Counted from the first letter of the stretch, positions 55,463 through 63,904 are shown. The stretch is 64,000 nucleotides of DNA from Longimicrobiales bacterium (GCA_050732635.1 JBOHRE010000004.1:1518-65517), one strand, 5' to 3'. Notes: a model not told the origin generated them from the sequence alone. A program made the numbers and translations.

Positions 55463-56002
55463 CGGCGCGCCGAGGCGACGGCACGCCTCCTCGAAAATCT
55501 CTCGCCTCGGCTTCGCGTAGCCAATCTCAGCCGACCCAACCACGTGCTCGAACAGGTCCCCGATTCCCAGCTCCACGCAAAAGTGCTGCAGGCCGCACTG
55601 CCAGTTCGAGACTACCGCCAGTTGATAACCGGCCGCCCGAAGCCGTTCCAGAGTGAGAGGTACGTCCGGAAAGACAGCGAGGCTCGTAGGTCCGATCACC
55701 TCCCAAATTCTAACGGCGTGATGCTGAGCTTCGTGGATGTCGGCCCGCACGCTGAGCCGGTCAAAGACTCGCTCCGCCAGGCGGCACAAATAGCGATGCT
55801 TCTCCACCGGTGACCGATCGGGTGCATACTCACGAGCGTGCGGCTCGAAAATGTCGTAGAGCACTTGGTGTTCCCACGGATCCGACTCCAAGCCCTGCGA
55901 CCTCAGATACTCCATCAGCAGCGAGCCCCGTCCTCTACCACCACGACGGTGCGACACCAGCGTGTTGAAGAAATCGAACGTGACCGCCTGGAGACCCTGC
56001 AT
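55295..56002 (-). CDS. HAD-superfamily hydrolase
   Basis: Motif I is VTFDFFNTLV, and motifs III/IV read YAKP...HVGDTLEDDVEGARGAGM. The start is ATG 56002 or GTG 56005. Confidence 0.85.
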   Translation of the reverse strand: MQGLQAVTFDFFNTLVSHRRGGRGRGSLLMEYLRSQGLESDPWEHQVLYDIFEPHAREYAPDRSPVEKHRYLCRLAERVFDRLSVRADIHEAQHHAVRIWEVIGPTSLAVFPDVPLTLERLRAAGYQLAVVSNWQCGLQHFCVELGIGDLFEHVVGSAEIGYAKPRREIFEEACRRLGAPPHRVLHVGDTLEDDVEGARGAGMHAVLITRQGEDAELTGAGIRGLEGVLQMLGLS

Positions 56003-56030
56003 CACAGCGGCCGCATTCCCGATTGCTCCA

Positions 56031-56495
56031 TCACTCTACTCTCCTCCAACTCCCATCCGGCTGCGGCAGCCAACGTGTGCCCCCCTCGTCCAGCCACTCA
56101 CCAAGCGGCTCGCCCGCCTGGCTCTCTGAACCGAAGCGTAATACATGGCCATCCGGGTCGAACACGTGCACCTCGCGCGAACCCCATGGATAATTCGTAG
56201 GAGGGTGCCGTATCGTCGCGCCGCGAGCACGCAGCTCGTCATGGAGGGCATCCGCATCACTGACGCCAACCCACACCCACGTGCTGGAGCAGCCCTGGCT
56301 TCCCTCAGAGAGCATGAGGCAGGTCTGTCCGCGCGTCACACACCCGAAACGGCCGTCCTGCCAGACGAGGCTGAACCCAAGAGCATCGACGTAGTAGGCA
56401 ACGCTGCGGTCAAAATCCGAAACGCGCAGGATTGGTGTCACACCGCCAAACTGCACCGCGCGTTCTGGCAGAGAGACGTGCTGTGGATCCGTCAT
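56031..56495 (-). CDS. VOC/bleomycin-resistance-like protein
   Basis: 154 aa: ...GVTPILRVSDFDRSVAYYVDALGF...GSREVHVFDPDGHVLRF. Confidence 0.8.
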   Translation of the reverse strand: MTDPQHVSLPERAVQFGGVTPILRVSDFDRSVAYYVDALGFSLVWQDGRFGCVTRGQTCLMLSEGSQGCSSTWVWVGVSDADALHDELRARGATIRHPPTNYPWGSREVHVFDPDGHVLRFGSESQAGEPLGEWLDEGGTRWLPQPDGSWRRVE

Positions 56496-56549
56496 GTTCC
56501 GCCTCTGGCCGGGAGTCCTTTCTTTATTAACAGCCTGCTCACTAGAGGG

Positions 56550-57848
56550 CTACGGCGTCGGCGGCGTGCCCGCTGCCTCGCTCAGCGCTGTCCGCCTTGC
56601 CTCGAGATACCGTCGCACACCGGCTTCGGTCGTGAGCGAGATCGCCTTCAGATACGCCCACCCGGCCTCGTCCAATCTGGCGGCTCGTTGCAGCAGATGC
56701 GCACGAGTGGCCCAGGCCGGCTGGAACCGTTGGAGTCCCGGGTGACTGATCCCGTCGAGCGCGACCAGGCCGCGCTCAGGCCCCTCTGCCCGCCCAATGG
56801 TCGCCGCCAGCGCGACTTGCGCTCCCAGCGTCGGCGCGATCGAGACAAGGGCAAGGTAGAGCTTCCGCAACGCCGCCCAATCGGTGAACCCCGTCGCCGC
56901 TCGCGCACAGTGTACGGACTGGATCGCAGCTTCGAGTTGGAAGCGGCCCACCCGGCTGAGGGCGCGGGCCCGCTCGAGATACCGCTCGCCCTCAGCGATC
57001 AGGGCCGCATCCCATTGCGCCGTGTCCTGCTCCTCCAGCGGCACGTAGTCATTGGGTGAACGGCGCGCCGGCGCCCTCGAAAGCGACAGCGAGACGAGCG
57101 CGGCGAGCCCCAGCGCCTCCGGCTGATCGGGGACCAGCTCGGCAAGCGTGACTGCTAGGTAATGCGCCTCGGCCGCGAACGACTCGCGCACCGTCACCCC
57201 CGACGCGAGTTGCCACTCGATTGCGTACGCGCCGTAAATCGCCTCCAGGACGTGCGCGAGCCGCCCCGGCATCCGACCTCGGTCGGGCACGGAGAACGGG
57301 ACGCGTGTGTCGCGGATGCGCCGCTTGGCGCGCACCAGCCGCTGTGCGAGCGTCGGCTCCGGGATCGCGAAGGCCCTGGCGATCGAGCGCGCGTCGAAGC
57401 CGAGCACGGTCTGCAGCATGAGCGGCGTGCGGACCAACGGCTCGATCGCCGGGTGGGCGCAGACGAAGAGCAATGCCAGGCGCCGGTCCGGGATCTCGTC
57501 GGGGTCGACCTCGGCCACGATTGCGGCGGCGGTGGCTTCGACGGGGTCGTCGAAGCGCGTCGTCGCGCGTTGCGCGGCCGATCGGAACACGTCGCGTTGC
57601 CGATTGCGGGCGACGGTCAGGAGCCACCCTTCCGGATTGGCGGGAACCCCGGTATCCGGCCAGGTACGGAGCGCCCGCGCGAACGCGTCCCCGAGGCAAT
57701 CCTCCGCCAATTGGATGTCGCCGGTGGGTGCGGCAAGCAACGCGACCAGCCGGCCGTACGAGGCGCGGGCCACCTGCTCGGCCTGGAGCGCGGCGCTCAC
57801 CGCATCACCGGGACTTCCCAGGTTGGCCCGCGCCTCGGTGCGCGTCAC
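56550..57848 (-). CDS. ECF sigma factor with a long C-terminal TPR-like extension (ECF42/COG4941 type)
   Basis: Region 2 is AEDCLGDAFARALRTWP...WLLTVARNRQRD, and region 4 is LQTVLGFDARSIARAFAIPEPTLAQRLVRAKRRI. About 230 aa are alpha-helical tail. GTG 57848 overlaps the YciI stop (GTGA). Confidence 0.85.
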   Translation of the reverse strand: MTRTEARANLGSPGDAVSAALQAEQVARASYGRLVALLAAPTGDIQLAEDCLGDAFARALRTWPDTGVPANPEGWLLTVARNRQRDVFRSAAQRATTRFDDPVEATAAAIVAEVDPDEIPDRRLALLFVCAHPAIEPLVRTPLMLQTVLGFDARSIARAFAIPEPTLAQRLVRAKRRIRDTRVPFSVPDRGRMPGRLAHVLEAIYGAYAIEWQLASGVTVRESFAAEAHYLAVTLAELVPDQPEALGLAALVSLSLSRAPARRSPNDYVPLEEQDTAQWDAALIAEGERYLERARALSRVGRFQLEAAIQSVHCARAATGFTDWAALRKLYLALVSIAPTLGAQVALAATIGRAEGPERGLVALDGISHPGLQRFQPAWATRAHLLQRAARLDEAGWAYLKAISLTTEAGVRRYLEARRTALSEAAGTPPTP

Positions 57849-58219
57849 GCCGGCCGCCACGACCCGTCGGCGTACCTCACCGCGGACGGCCGGATCTCGA
57901 TGGTGCCCCACTGCGCCGCCGGGTGTTTCTCGGCCCAGGCGAGCGCCGCGTCGAGGTCGGGCACGTCAACGACGAACGTGCCGCCGATCTGCTCCTTCGT
58001 GTCGGCGTAGGGACCATCCTGGACCCTGAGCTGCCCATCCTTGAGCGTCAGCGTCGTCGTGCTGTCGGACGGCTGCAGCACCTCGGCCGAAACGAGCACG
58101 CCGGCCTCGTCGAGCGCCTTCGTGTACGCGTGAAACGCCGCCTTGCCGGCCTCCAACGCCTCAGCGCCGAGGTCGTCGGGGGTCAGCTCGAGATAGTGCA
58201 GGAAGAGGGTGTACCGCAT
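57845..58219 (-). CDS. YciI/DGPF family protein
   Basis: 124 aa: MRYTLFLHY...VQDGPYADTKEQIGGTFVVDVPDLDAALAWAEKHP. Confidence 0.85.
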   Translation of the reverse strand: MRYTLFLHYLELTPDDLGAEALEAGKAAFHAYTKALDEAGVLVSAEVLQPSDSTTTLTLKDGQLRVQDGPYADTKEQIGGTFVVDVPDLDAALAWAEKHPAAQWGTIEIRPSAVRYADGSWRPA

Positions 58220-58515
58220 GGGAAACTCCTATCCGGTTGTGGGAACGGTGCTTCGATCCGACACCGGCATGACGAACGGAGAGTAGCCGAATCGACACCG
58301 TGCCGCCGGAGCCAGCTGCTCGGCGTGGCCGCGCCCTCCAGGGCCCAGTGCATCGGCGTGCCTGCACGCTGAAGAACAATGCTGTTGGCGGAGCGTTCGT
58401 ATAGCATCCATTAGGCGCAGTTGCACCCGCCGGCGGCCACTCGGTTCGGACAACGGTGGCAACACATCTGACCCGGGTTCGACGCGAGGCGGCTGGCCTC
58501 GACTACGTCGAGCGT

Positions 58516-59037
58516 CTAGCCCCGCAGAATTCGCGAGATCGCCAGGATCGTGTTCCAGCTGCGTGTTGTCAGTGGCACACCAAAAACCTTCTCGAGTTGG
58601 CCAAGGTAGCTGATCGCTCTCATTTCGCGGCGGTAGAGCCCCAGAACAAATCGATCTTGGCAGGCAAGAACCTGCAAACACCAGTCATCCTCCGTGGGGA
58701 GGTTTAGCGGGAGCTCAGACGGTGGCATTCGGCGCTGCGCCATAACGCTCACGAACTGTACGATTTCAGGCTCCGAGGGACGGCGCGCGAACGGGTCGCC
58801 GGATGCCAGTCGCAGAATGTCGCTTCCGCTACAGATCATCACATCCGCTTGGAATGGCAATCGGCGCATGATCTCGGCGCGAAGGTTCGCCTGGCTGACT
58901 GGGTTCCGAACGACAAACGTTCCAGCCGCGCCAACGTTCACGACATCGAAGCGCTTCAACTCCTTCGCTAGCACACTCGGACGAAAAGTCCTGTGTCCTC
59001 CTACATTCACGCCTTTGAGAAGAACGACCAGCGCCAT
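58516..59037 (-). CDS. DUF1697 domain protein (distant paralogue of 22436-22981)
   Basis: ATG 59037 gives MALVVLLKGVNVGGHRTF...TTRSWNTILAI. Confidence 0.85.
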   Translation of the reverse strand: MALVVLLKGVNVGGHRTFRPSVLAKELKRFDVVNVGAAGTFVVRNPVSQANLRAEIMRRLPFQADVMICSGSDILRLASGDPFARRPSEPEIVQFVSVMAQRRMPPSELPLNLPTEDDWCLQVLACQDRFVLGLYRREMRAISYLGQLEKVFGVPLTTRSWNTILAISRILRG

Positions 59038-59167
59038 CGACTCGATCCCTCGCAGGGCTAAACGCCGTCTTGGATGGATTCTGGACAACGTTTCCAGGTC
59101 AATGAACCCGCGAAAGCCGGCCGATCCGCAGCGGGACCGCGTGTATGCACGCCCCCGCGCCTGGCGT

Positions 59168-59941
59168 CTACGGACGCCGTGCCACGACCATGGGCTGAAA
59201 GAACCCGGTATCCGCCGGCATGCGCCACTCGACTGCTGAGGTCCCCGCTTCCTGGAGCAGGTCACCCAATTCGGACCGAGTAACGGCTCGATAGCTTCCG
59301 CGATGGCTGCGCACACGCCAGCGATCTCGACCGTCCTCCGCCATGACAAAGAACTCCAGACCATAGCGCCGCCCGTCGGGCTGCCATTCCCAGATCTGGA
59401 AGGTGATGCGCCGGTTGCCTGGTGTTCCTGAGAAGGCCGGCTGCGTCGTGACCGGACGATTCTTCAGGATCTCGTCGTAGTCGCGGATGCTGGCCAGGAG
59501 CAGACCGCCTCGGCGCACCCGCCCTAGCATGCTCTGGACGCCTTGACGAAGGTCCGCCTCGGTAAGGAGGTGTGGCAGGGCATTGTCACAACTCAAGACG
59601 ACGTCATAGGCCTCCGTGGTCACCGACTCCAAATCCCGGAGGTCGCCCACCCGGAATTCGATCGCTAAGCCCGCGGACGCGGCCTCCGCCTTGGCCCGTG
59701 CCACAGCCCGCGGACTCAGGTCCACACCCAGTACCTGATGGCCCCGGCGTGCCAGGCCGAGGCTCTGGGTCCCGATGCCACAGCTGCAGTCGAGGATGCG
59801 CTTCGAGCCGGTGCCGAGACACTCCCCGATTACCCGGTCCAGCGCCTGACCTTGGCGTTCGACCGAGCCGGCCCAATCATGGTAGACGAGGTGGTAATCG
59901 TCAGCCAGGCCATCGTAGAAGGAAACGTTCTCGTTACTCAT
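59168..59941 (-). CDS. class I SAM-dependent methyltransferase
   Basis: 257 aa: FYDGLADDYHLVYHDW... with motif I ILDCSCGIGTQS. Confidence 0.85.
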   Translation of the reverse strand: MSNENVSFYDGLADDYHLVYHDWAGSVERQGQALDRVIGECLGTGSKRILDCSCGIGTQSLGLARRGHQVLGVDLSPRAVARAKAEAASAGLAIEFRVGDLRDLESVTTEAYDVVLSCDNALPHLLTEADLRQGVQSMLGRVRRGGLLLASIRDYDEILKNRPVTTQPAFSGTPGNRRITFQIWEWQPDGRRYGLEFFVMAEDGRDRWRVRSHRGSYRAVTRSELGDLLQEAGTSAVEWRMPADTGFFQPMVVARRP

Positions 59942-59977
59942 GGATTCGCCGAAGACACCTCCAACCTACAATCTAGG

Positions 59978-60379
59978 CTACCGCACCGGTCGATCGGAGC
60001 TGAAGATGTCGCGGGTCACGACCCACGACCCATCCAGCTGCCGCCGAAGCACGTGCAGCCAACGGCCCGTGTCTTGGAGGGATCCGTCTGCCAGAGACAG
60101 CGAATAGGTCCCGCGCGCGTACGCGCAGTCCCCACAGCCATCCACCTCCTCGACCTCTACTTCGTACACGGACACGCGCGGAAGCCGATCCAGTAGTTGA
60201 CGTACCGCTTCCCAGCCTCGCACGTCCGGTTGGTTGGGCGGCATCATGACAACATCGCGAGCGTAGAGCGGCGCCAGCGCGTCAAAATCGCCATCGAGAA
60301 CGCAGTTCGCATGATTCTGTTCCGCTGCCGTGATCGACGCGATGTCCTCGGAACCAAGCGAGCTCAGGTCTCGGGCCAT
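59978..60379 (-). CDS. NTF2-like (SnoaL/DUF4440) protein
   Basis: 133 aa: ...DGDFDALAPLYARDVVMMPPNQP...GRWLHVLRRQLDGSWVVTRDIF. Confidence 0.8.
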   Translation of the reverse strand: MARDLSSLGSEDIASITAAEQNHANCVLDGDFDALAPLYARDVVMMPPNQPDVRGWEAVRQLLDRLPRVSVYEVEVEEVDGCGDCAYARGTYSLSLADGSLQDTGRWLHVLRRQLDGSWVVTRDIFSSDRPVR

Positions 60380-60412
60380 TCTGTTGTTCCCGGAAGGATT
60401 GGTCTGGCTTCT

Positions 60413-61324
60413 TCAGATACGGAAATCATTCGGCGAAGCTCGGTGGCCATGACTGGCGGCCCGGACCTCTTCCAAGTATCGCGTGACGCGAACGTCCAGA
60501 GCCTCGGGATAGGCGTAGCAAAGGCCAACTGCGAGCTCCCGAGCGATTCGACGAAACAACTGCAGAGCACGGAAGAGCGCAGCCCAATTTTCGGCCGCAT
60601 CCGCTCCGACGAACGTCGACTCCAGCTCAGCCCATGTTCTCTCGTCCAGCTGGCGCTTTAGCCCGCGCCCAAGAACACCGAACCGGACCGACCAGTCCCG
60701 TCCCATGGCCACTCGCCACTCCAGCATACGACGAAGCAAGCCGAGCTTCAGCACCACCTCGAGGCTGTACTTGGCCGGAAGCAGCTCGTCCCGCCAGAGA
60801 TTCTTGGCTACGTATGTCGTCTCCCAGAAGAACTCCTCGACCACCGCCAGAAACTCCGGCTCGGTCGGCTTGGTGATCACATAGGCCCGGTAACTTGGTG
60901 ACGGTAGCCCGGCCGAAAGCCCGTCCTTGTCGAGCAGGACCTCGCACCCGAGGTCGAGCTCCTCGGGAAGCGCGGTCGCCAGGCTCACGCGCTTCAGCGC
61001 CTCGATACATGTGATGCTGAAGTCGATTTTGCTCCCGTCCTCATACAGCGCCAATTGCATGGCGTAGGGCAAGCCACCGGGCTCCTGCCCTCGCTCTTCG
61101 TAGCGAACCAGCACGGAACCGAATGTTGTCAGCCATTCCGGCCGAAGAAACCTCTCCAGGTCCGTGACATACAGGATCACGTCGTAATCCGAGAAGCGAT
61201 CCAGGCTCGCCTTCTCGGAAGATCTAGAACCCGTGAGCAGCACCGCACGCACCGTTTCTTGACGTTCCGCCCAGCGCACGAGCCTTTGAAGAGGTGCCGG
61301 CAAACTGTTCACGTCACGAATCAT
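60413..61324 (-). CDS. aminoglycoside 6-adenylyltransferase (ANT(6)/AadK) family protein
   Basis: 303 aa, colinear with B. subtilis AadK as I remember it. Shared stretches are LTGSRS...DRFSDYDVILYVTD, ...DGSKIDFS..., EFFWETTYVAKNLWRDELL. Confidence 0.85.
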   Translation of the reverse strand: MIRDVNSLPAPLQRLVRWAERQETVRAVLLTGSRSSEKASLDRFSDYDVILYVTDLERFLRPEWLTTFGSVLVRYEERGQEPGGLPYAMQLALYEDGSKIDFSITCIEALKRVSLATALPEELDLGCEVLLDKDGLSAGLPSPSYRAYVITKPTEPEFLAVVEEFFWETTYVAKNLWRDELLPAKYSLEVVLKLGLLRRMLEWRVAMGRDWSVRFGVLGRGLKRQLDERTWAELESTFVGADAAENWAALFRALQLFRRIARELAVGLCYAYPEALDVRVTRYLEEVRAASHGHRASPNDFRI

Positions 61325-61399
61325 CGTCCACGCGACAAATGCACAGCACCGGCAACACCGAATCGGAGGGCGCGTGGCGGCGAGCCCGTGGGCTGGCGC

Positions 61400-62674
61400 T
61401 CATGTCGTGGCGACGCGCGCTGACAGCGCCGCGTACAGGTCCCCGTCGGCGCGGAGGCGGTCGTCCTCCAGCCACTCTGGCTGCACGTTCGCCCCCGCGT
61501 CAGCCAACGTGCGGAGGATCGTGCGATATCCGTCCTCGTCCGCGCGACGCTCCACGAGCCAGGCGTGCAGCGCCCACACGAGCGGCGGCGTTCCGAAGAC
61601 CGCGTCCGTCACATCTGTCGGCGCACCCCGCTTCAGCAGGAGCTCGACGAGCCTCCAGTTACCCAGGTATGCTCCGATATGGAGTGCCGTATGCCCATCC
61701 TTCGGGGCGCGCGCTCCAACCTCCACGCCCTGGTCCAGCAGGAATTCCACAATGTCGCGCTGGTCATACCAAGAGGCCATAATGAGTGCGGCCGCCGCGT
61801 CGGCCGGGGATACGGTGCGCGCCGGCTCAAAGTAACGCGCGACGAGGTCCAGTCGGCCGATGCCGGCAGCCTCCTCCAAGTTGACAGGGGCGCCGCGGGC
61901 TGCCATGTGCGCCGCGGCGTCGGGGCAGCCGTTCATGAGGCATGACCGCACGATGCCCGCAGCCACGCGCGCGCCGCGCTCGAGCAGCAGATCGGCGAGC
62001 GCGTTCTGCACGCCCGCCTGCCGCGGGTGCGCGCTGGTGACCACAAGGCCGAGTGTCGTCCAGCCACCGCCGTAGACATCGGCCTCGGCGTCTACCGCGG
62101 CGCCGGCCTCGAGCAGGCAACGCGCGATGGCCACGATGTTCGCGGGTGTCCTCTGCCGGTAGTTCTCAACGCCATTGGCGGACACGTAGTGCAGGAGCTT
62201 GGCGCGGTGCTGGCGGCTGGATCGTGCGTGCACGAGGTCGGGATGCGCAGCGAGCAGCCGCTCGAGCATCGCGAGATTTCCGGATACGATCGCGTCCGCC
62301 GCGAGCTCGAACGCGGAGAGAATGGATTCCGCGGCGGAGAGCCCCTCGATGTGGCGCACGAGCTTCGGCCAGCTCGCGAACCCGTGCGCGCGCGCGATGA
62401 CGAGCTGCGCCTGGGACACGGCGCAGTCCGCCGGGGCCAGCCGCTCACGCGCGAACTCGGCGATCTGGCGTGCGCGGCGTTCTGCCTCGCGCTGCGCCGA
62501 TTCGGGGGCCTCCGGCTCGAGCTCGAGCAGCCCGTCGATCCACGACGCTACCCACGATTGGATCGCGTCGTCGCCGGATCGACACGCTTTGGCGAGCTCC
62601 TTGACGCGCTTGCCGTACTGCTCCAGGTCAGGCCGCGGCGGCAGCGGCAGGACGTCCTGCGGGTTTGGATACAT
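61400..62674 (-). CDS. ankyrin repeat protein (424 aa)
   Basis: An N-terminal helical region is followed by repeated ...LL(E/D)xGAxV(D/N)... ankyrin units (HTALHIGAYLGNWRLVELLLKRGA). Confidence 0.8.
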   Translation of the reverse strand: MYPNPQDVLPLPPRPDLEQYGKRVKELAKACRSGDDAIQSWVASWIDGLLELEPEAPESAQREAERRARQIAEFARERLAPADCAVSQAQLVIARAHGFASWPKLVRHIEGLSAAESILSAFELAADAIVSGNLAMLERLLAAHPDLVHARSSRQHRAKLLHYVSANGVENYRQRTPANIVAIARCLLEAGAAVDAEADVYGGGWTTLGLVVTSAHPRQAGVQNALADLLLERGARVAAGIVRSCLMNGCPDAAAHMAARGAPVNLEEAAGIGRLDLVARYFEPARTVSPADAAAALIMASWYDQRDIVEFLLDQGVEVGARAPKDGHTALHIGAYLGNWRLVELLLKRGAPTDVTDAVFGTPPLVWALHAWLVERRADEDGYRTILRTLADAGANVQPEWLEDDRLRADGDLYAALSARVATT

Positions 62675-62688
62675 ACGAATCTACCACT

Positions 62689-63048
62689 TCATGCCAGATG
62701 GCTCATCACGTTGATCACCGTACCATTGGGGTCCCGCACAAAGAAGCGGCGAACACCCCACGGTTCATCCGTCAGTGGATACACGATCTCCATGTTGCGG
62801 TCCACTGCACGTGCATGCACTGCGTCAACGTCCGCGACCTCAATCGTCAGCGCAGCACCAGGAGTCCGACCACGTGCAGGCATATCCTCGACCACCGAGA
62901 TTTGCGCAGTCGGATTGGCGGGCGACACGAAGGTCATGATCCAGCCCATATCCATGGCGAGCTCGAACCCAAGAAAATCTTCATAGAACTCGCGACTCTT
63001 GCCCAGGTCGCGCGATGCAATGTCAGGGACCACTCGCCGTATGCTCAT
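62689..63048 (-). CDS. VOC/glyoxalase family protein
   Basis: ATG 63048 gives MSIRRVVPDIASRDLGKSREFYEDFLGF...WGVRRFFVRDPNGTVINV. Confidence 0.8.
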   Translation of the reverse strand: MSIRRVVPDIASRDLGKSREFYEDFLGFELAMDMGWIMTFVSPANPTAQISVVEDMPARGRTPGAALTIEVADVDAVHARAVDRNMEIVYPLTDEPWGVRRFFVRDPNGTVINVMSHLA

Positions 63049-63178
63049 GCAGGTGTCTCCTTCTGTGGCTTGCGGCACCTATCCGACCACGCTAGTAGCT
63101 GCGCCGCGCCCGTTCACATCCCTGCACTGCCCACCACGGGGCCGCGGCTTGTCCGCAGCGCTGCAAAGCGTTGTCTCG

Positions 63179-63382
63179 TCACCACGCACTCGTTGACTTG
63201 CTTCGCGCTCCGCACCTGTCACTCAAGAATTTCCAGAACGAATCCTTGCGCGCGATCTTGCCTTGGGCGAATTCAAGGAGATCAACTCCCCGAACCTCCA
63301 TTCGCTGTCCTGACACTGAGGTGCCGGTCAGTGTCCATTCAGAGACTCCGAAATCACCACAGAGCCTAATGGCGAGCAGTCC
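63179..63382 (-). pseudogene. C-terminal remnant of a SnoaL/NTF2-like gene
   Basis: Manual translation directly after the DUF1801 stop gives ...GDFGVSEWTLTGTSVSGQRMEVRGVDLLEFAQGKIARKDSFWKFL..., ending at a stop at 63179-81. No start codon or N-terminal half is present. Confidence 0.55.
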
Positions 63383-63904
63383 TCAGCTCACCGCCTTCTT
63401 CACGAGGGCGCCGATCCTTGCCTCTTCGGCGGCGGTCAACTCCTTCAGCGCGAACGAGGTCGGCCACATCGCGCCTTCGTCGAGGTTCGCCGCGTCGCTG
63501 AAGCCGAACGTCGCGTACCTCGATTTGAACTTCAGCGCGCTTTGGAAGAAGCAGACGACCTTGCCGTCCTTGGCATACGCGGGCATCCCATACCAGGTTT
63601 TCGGCGAGAGGGCTGGCGCGCTGGCTTCGATGATAGCATGGAGCCGTCTGGCCATGGCCTGATCCGGTCCCTGCATCTCGGCGATCTTCGCGAGCACGGC
63701 GCTTTCCCCGTCCGCCTTGTTCGCGCGCGTGCCGCGGCCCGCTTCCGCCTTCAGCTCCTGGGCGCGCTCCTTCATCGCAGCTCGTTCCTCGTCCGTAAAT
63801 CCCTTGGACTTCTTGTTGATCGCAGTGGTGCTCTTGGCGGACTTTTGCGTGGGCTTCTTGGTGGTGCTCTTGCTGGACTTGTGCGTGGCCTTCTTTGGAC
63901 TCAT
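63383..63904 (-). CDS. DUF1801 (YdhG-like) domain protein with a Lys/Ser/Thr-rich N-terminal tail
   Basis: 173 aa. The tail [35 protein letters not shown] is followed by ...[35 protein letters not shown]. Confidence 0.8.
   Translation of the reverse strand: MSPKKATHKSSKSTTKKPTQKSAKSTTAINKKSKGFTDEERAAMKERAQELKAEAGRGTRANKADGESAVLAKIAEMQGPDQAMARRLHAIIEASAPALSPKTWYGMPAYAKDGKVVCFFQSALKFKSRYATFGFSDAANLDEGAMWPTSFALKELTAAEEARIGALVKKAVS

Noticed and set aside
58411-58467. A Cys-rich micro-ORF, MCCHRCPNRVAAGGCNCA, in the leader upstream of the YciI-sigma operon
   Set aside because: It has five Cys and one His in 18 aa and is in frame with the DUF1697 stop. It has no SD and nothing to show conservation. 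A GC-rich spacer can give this by chance. I note it only as something to check against relatives.
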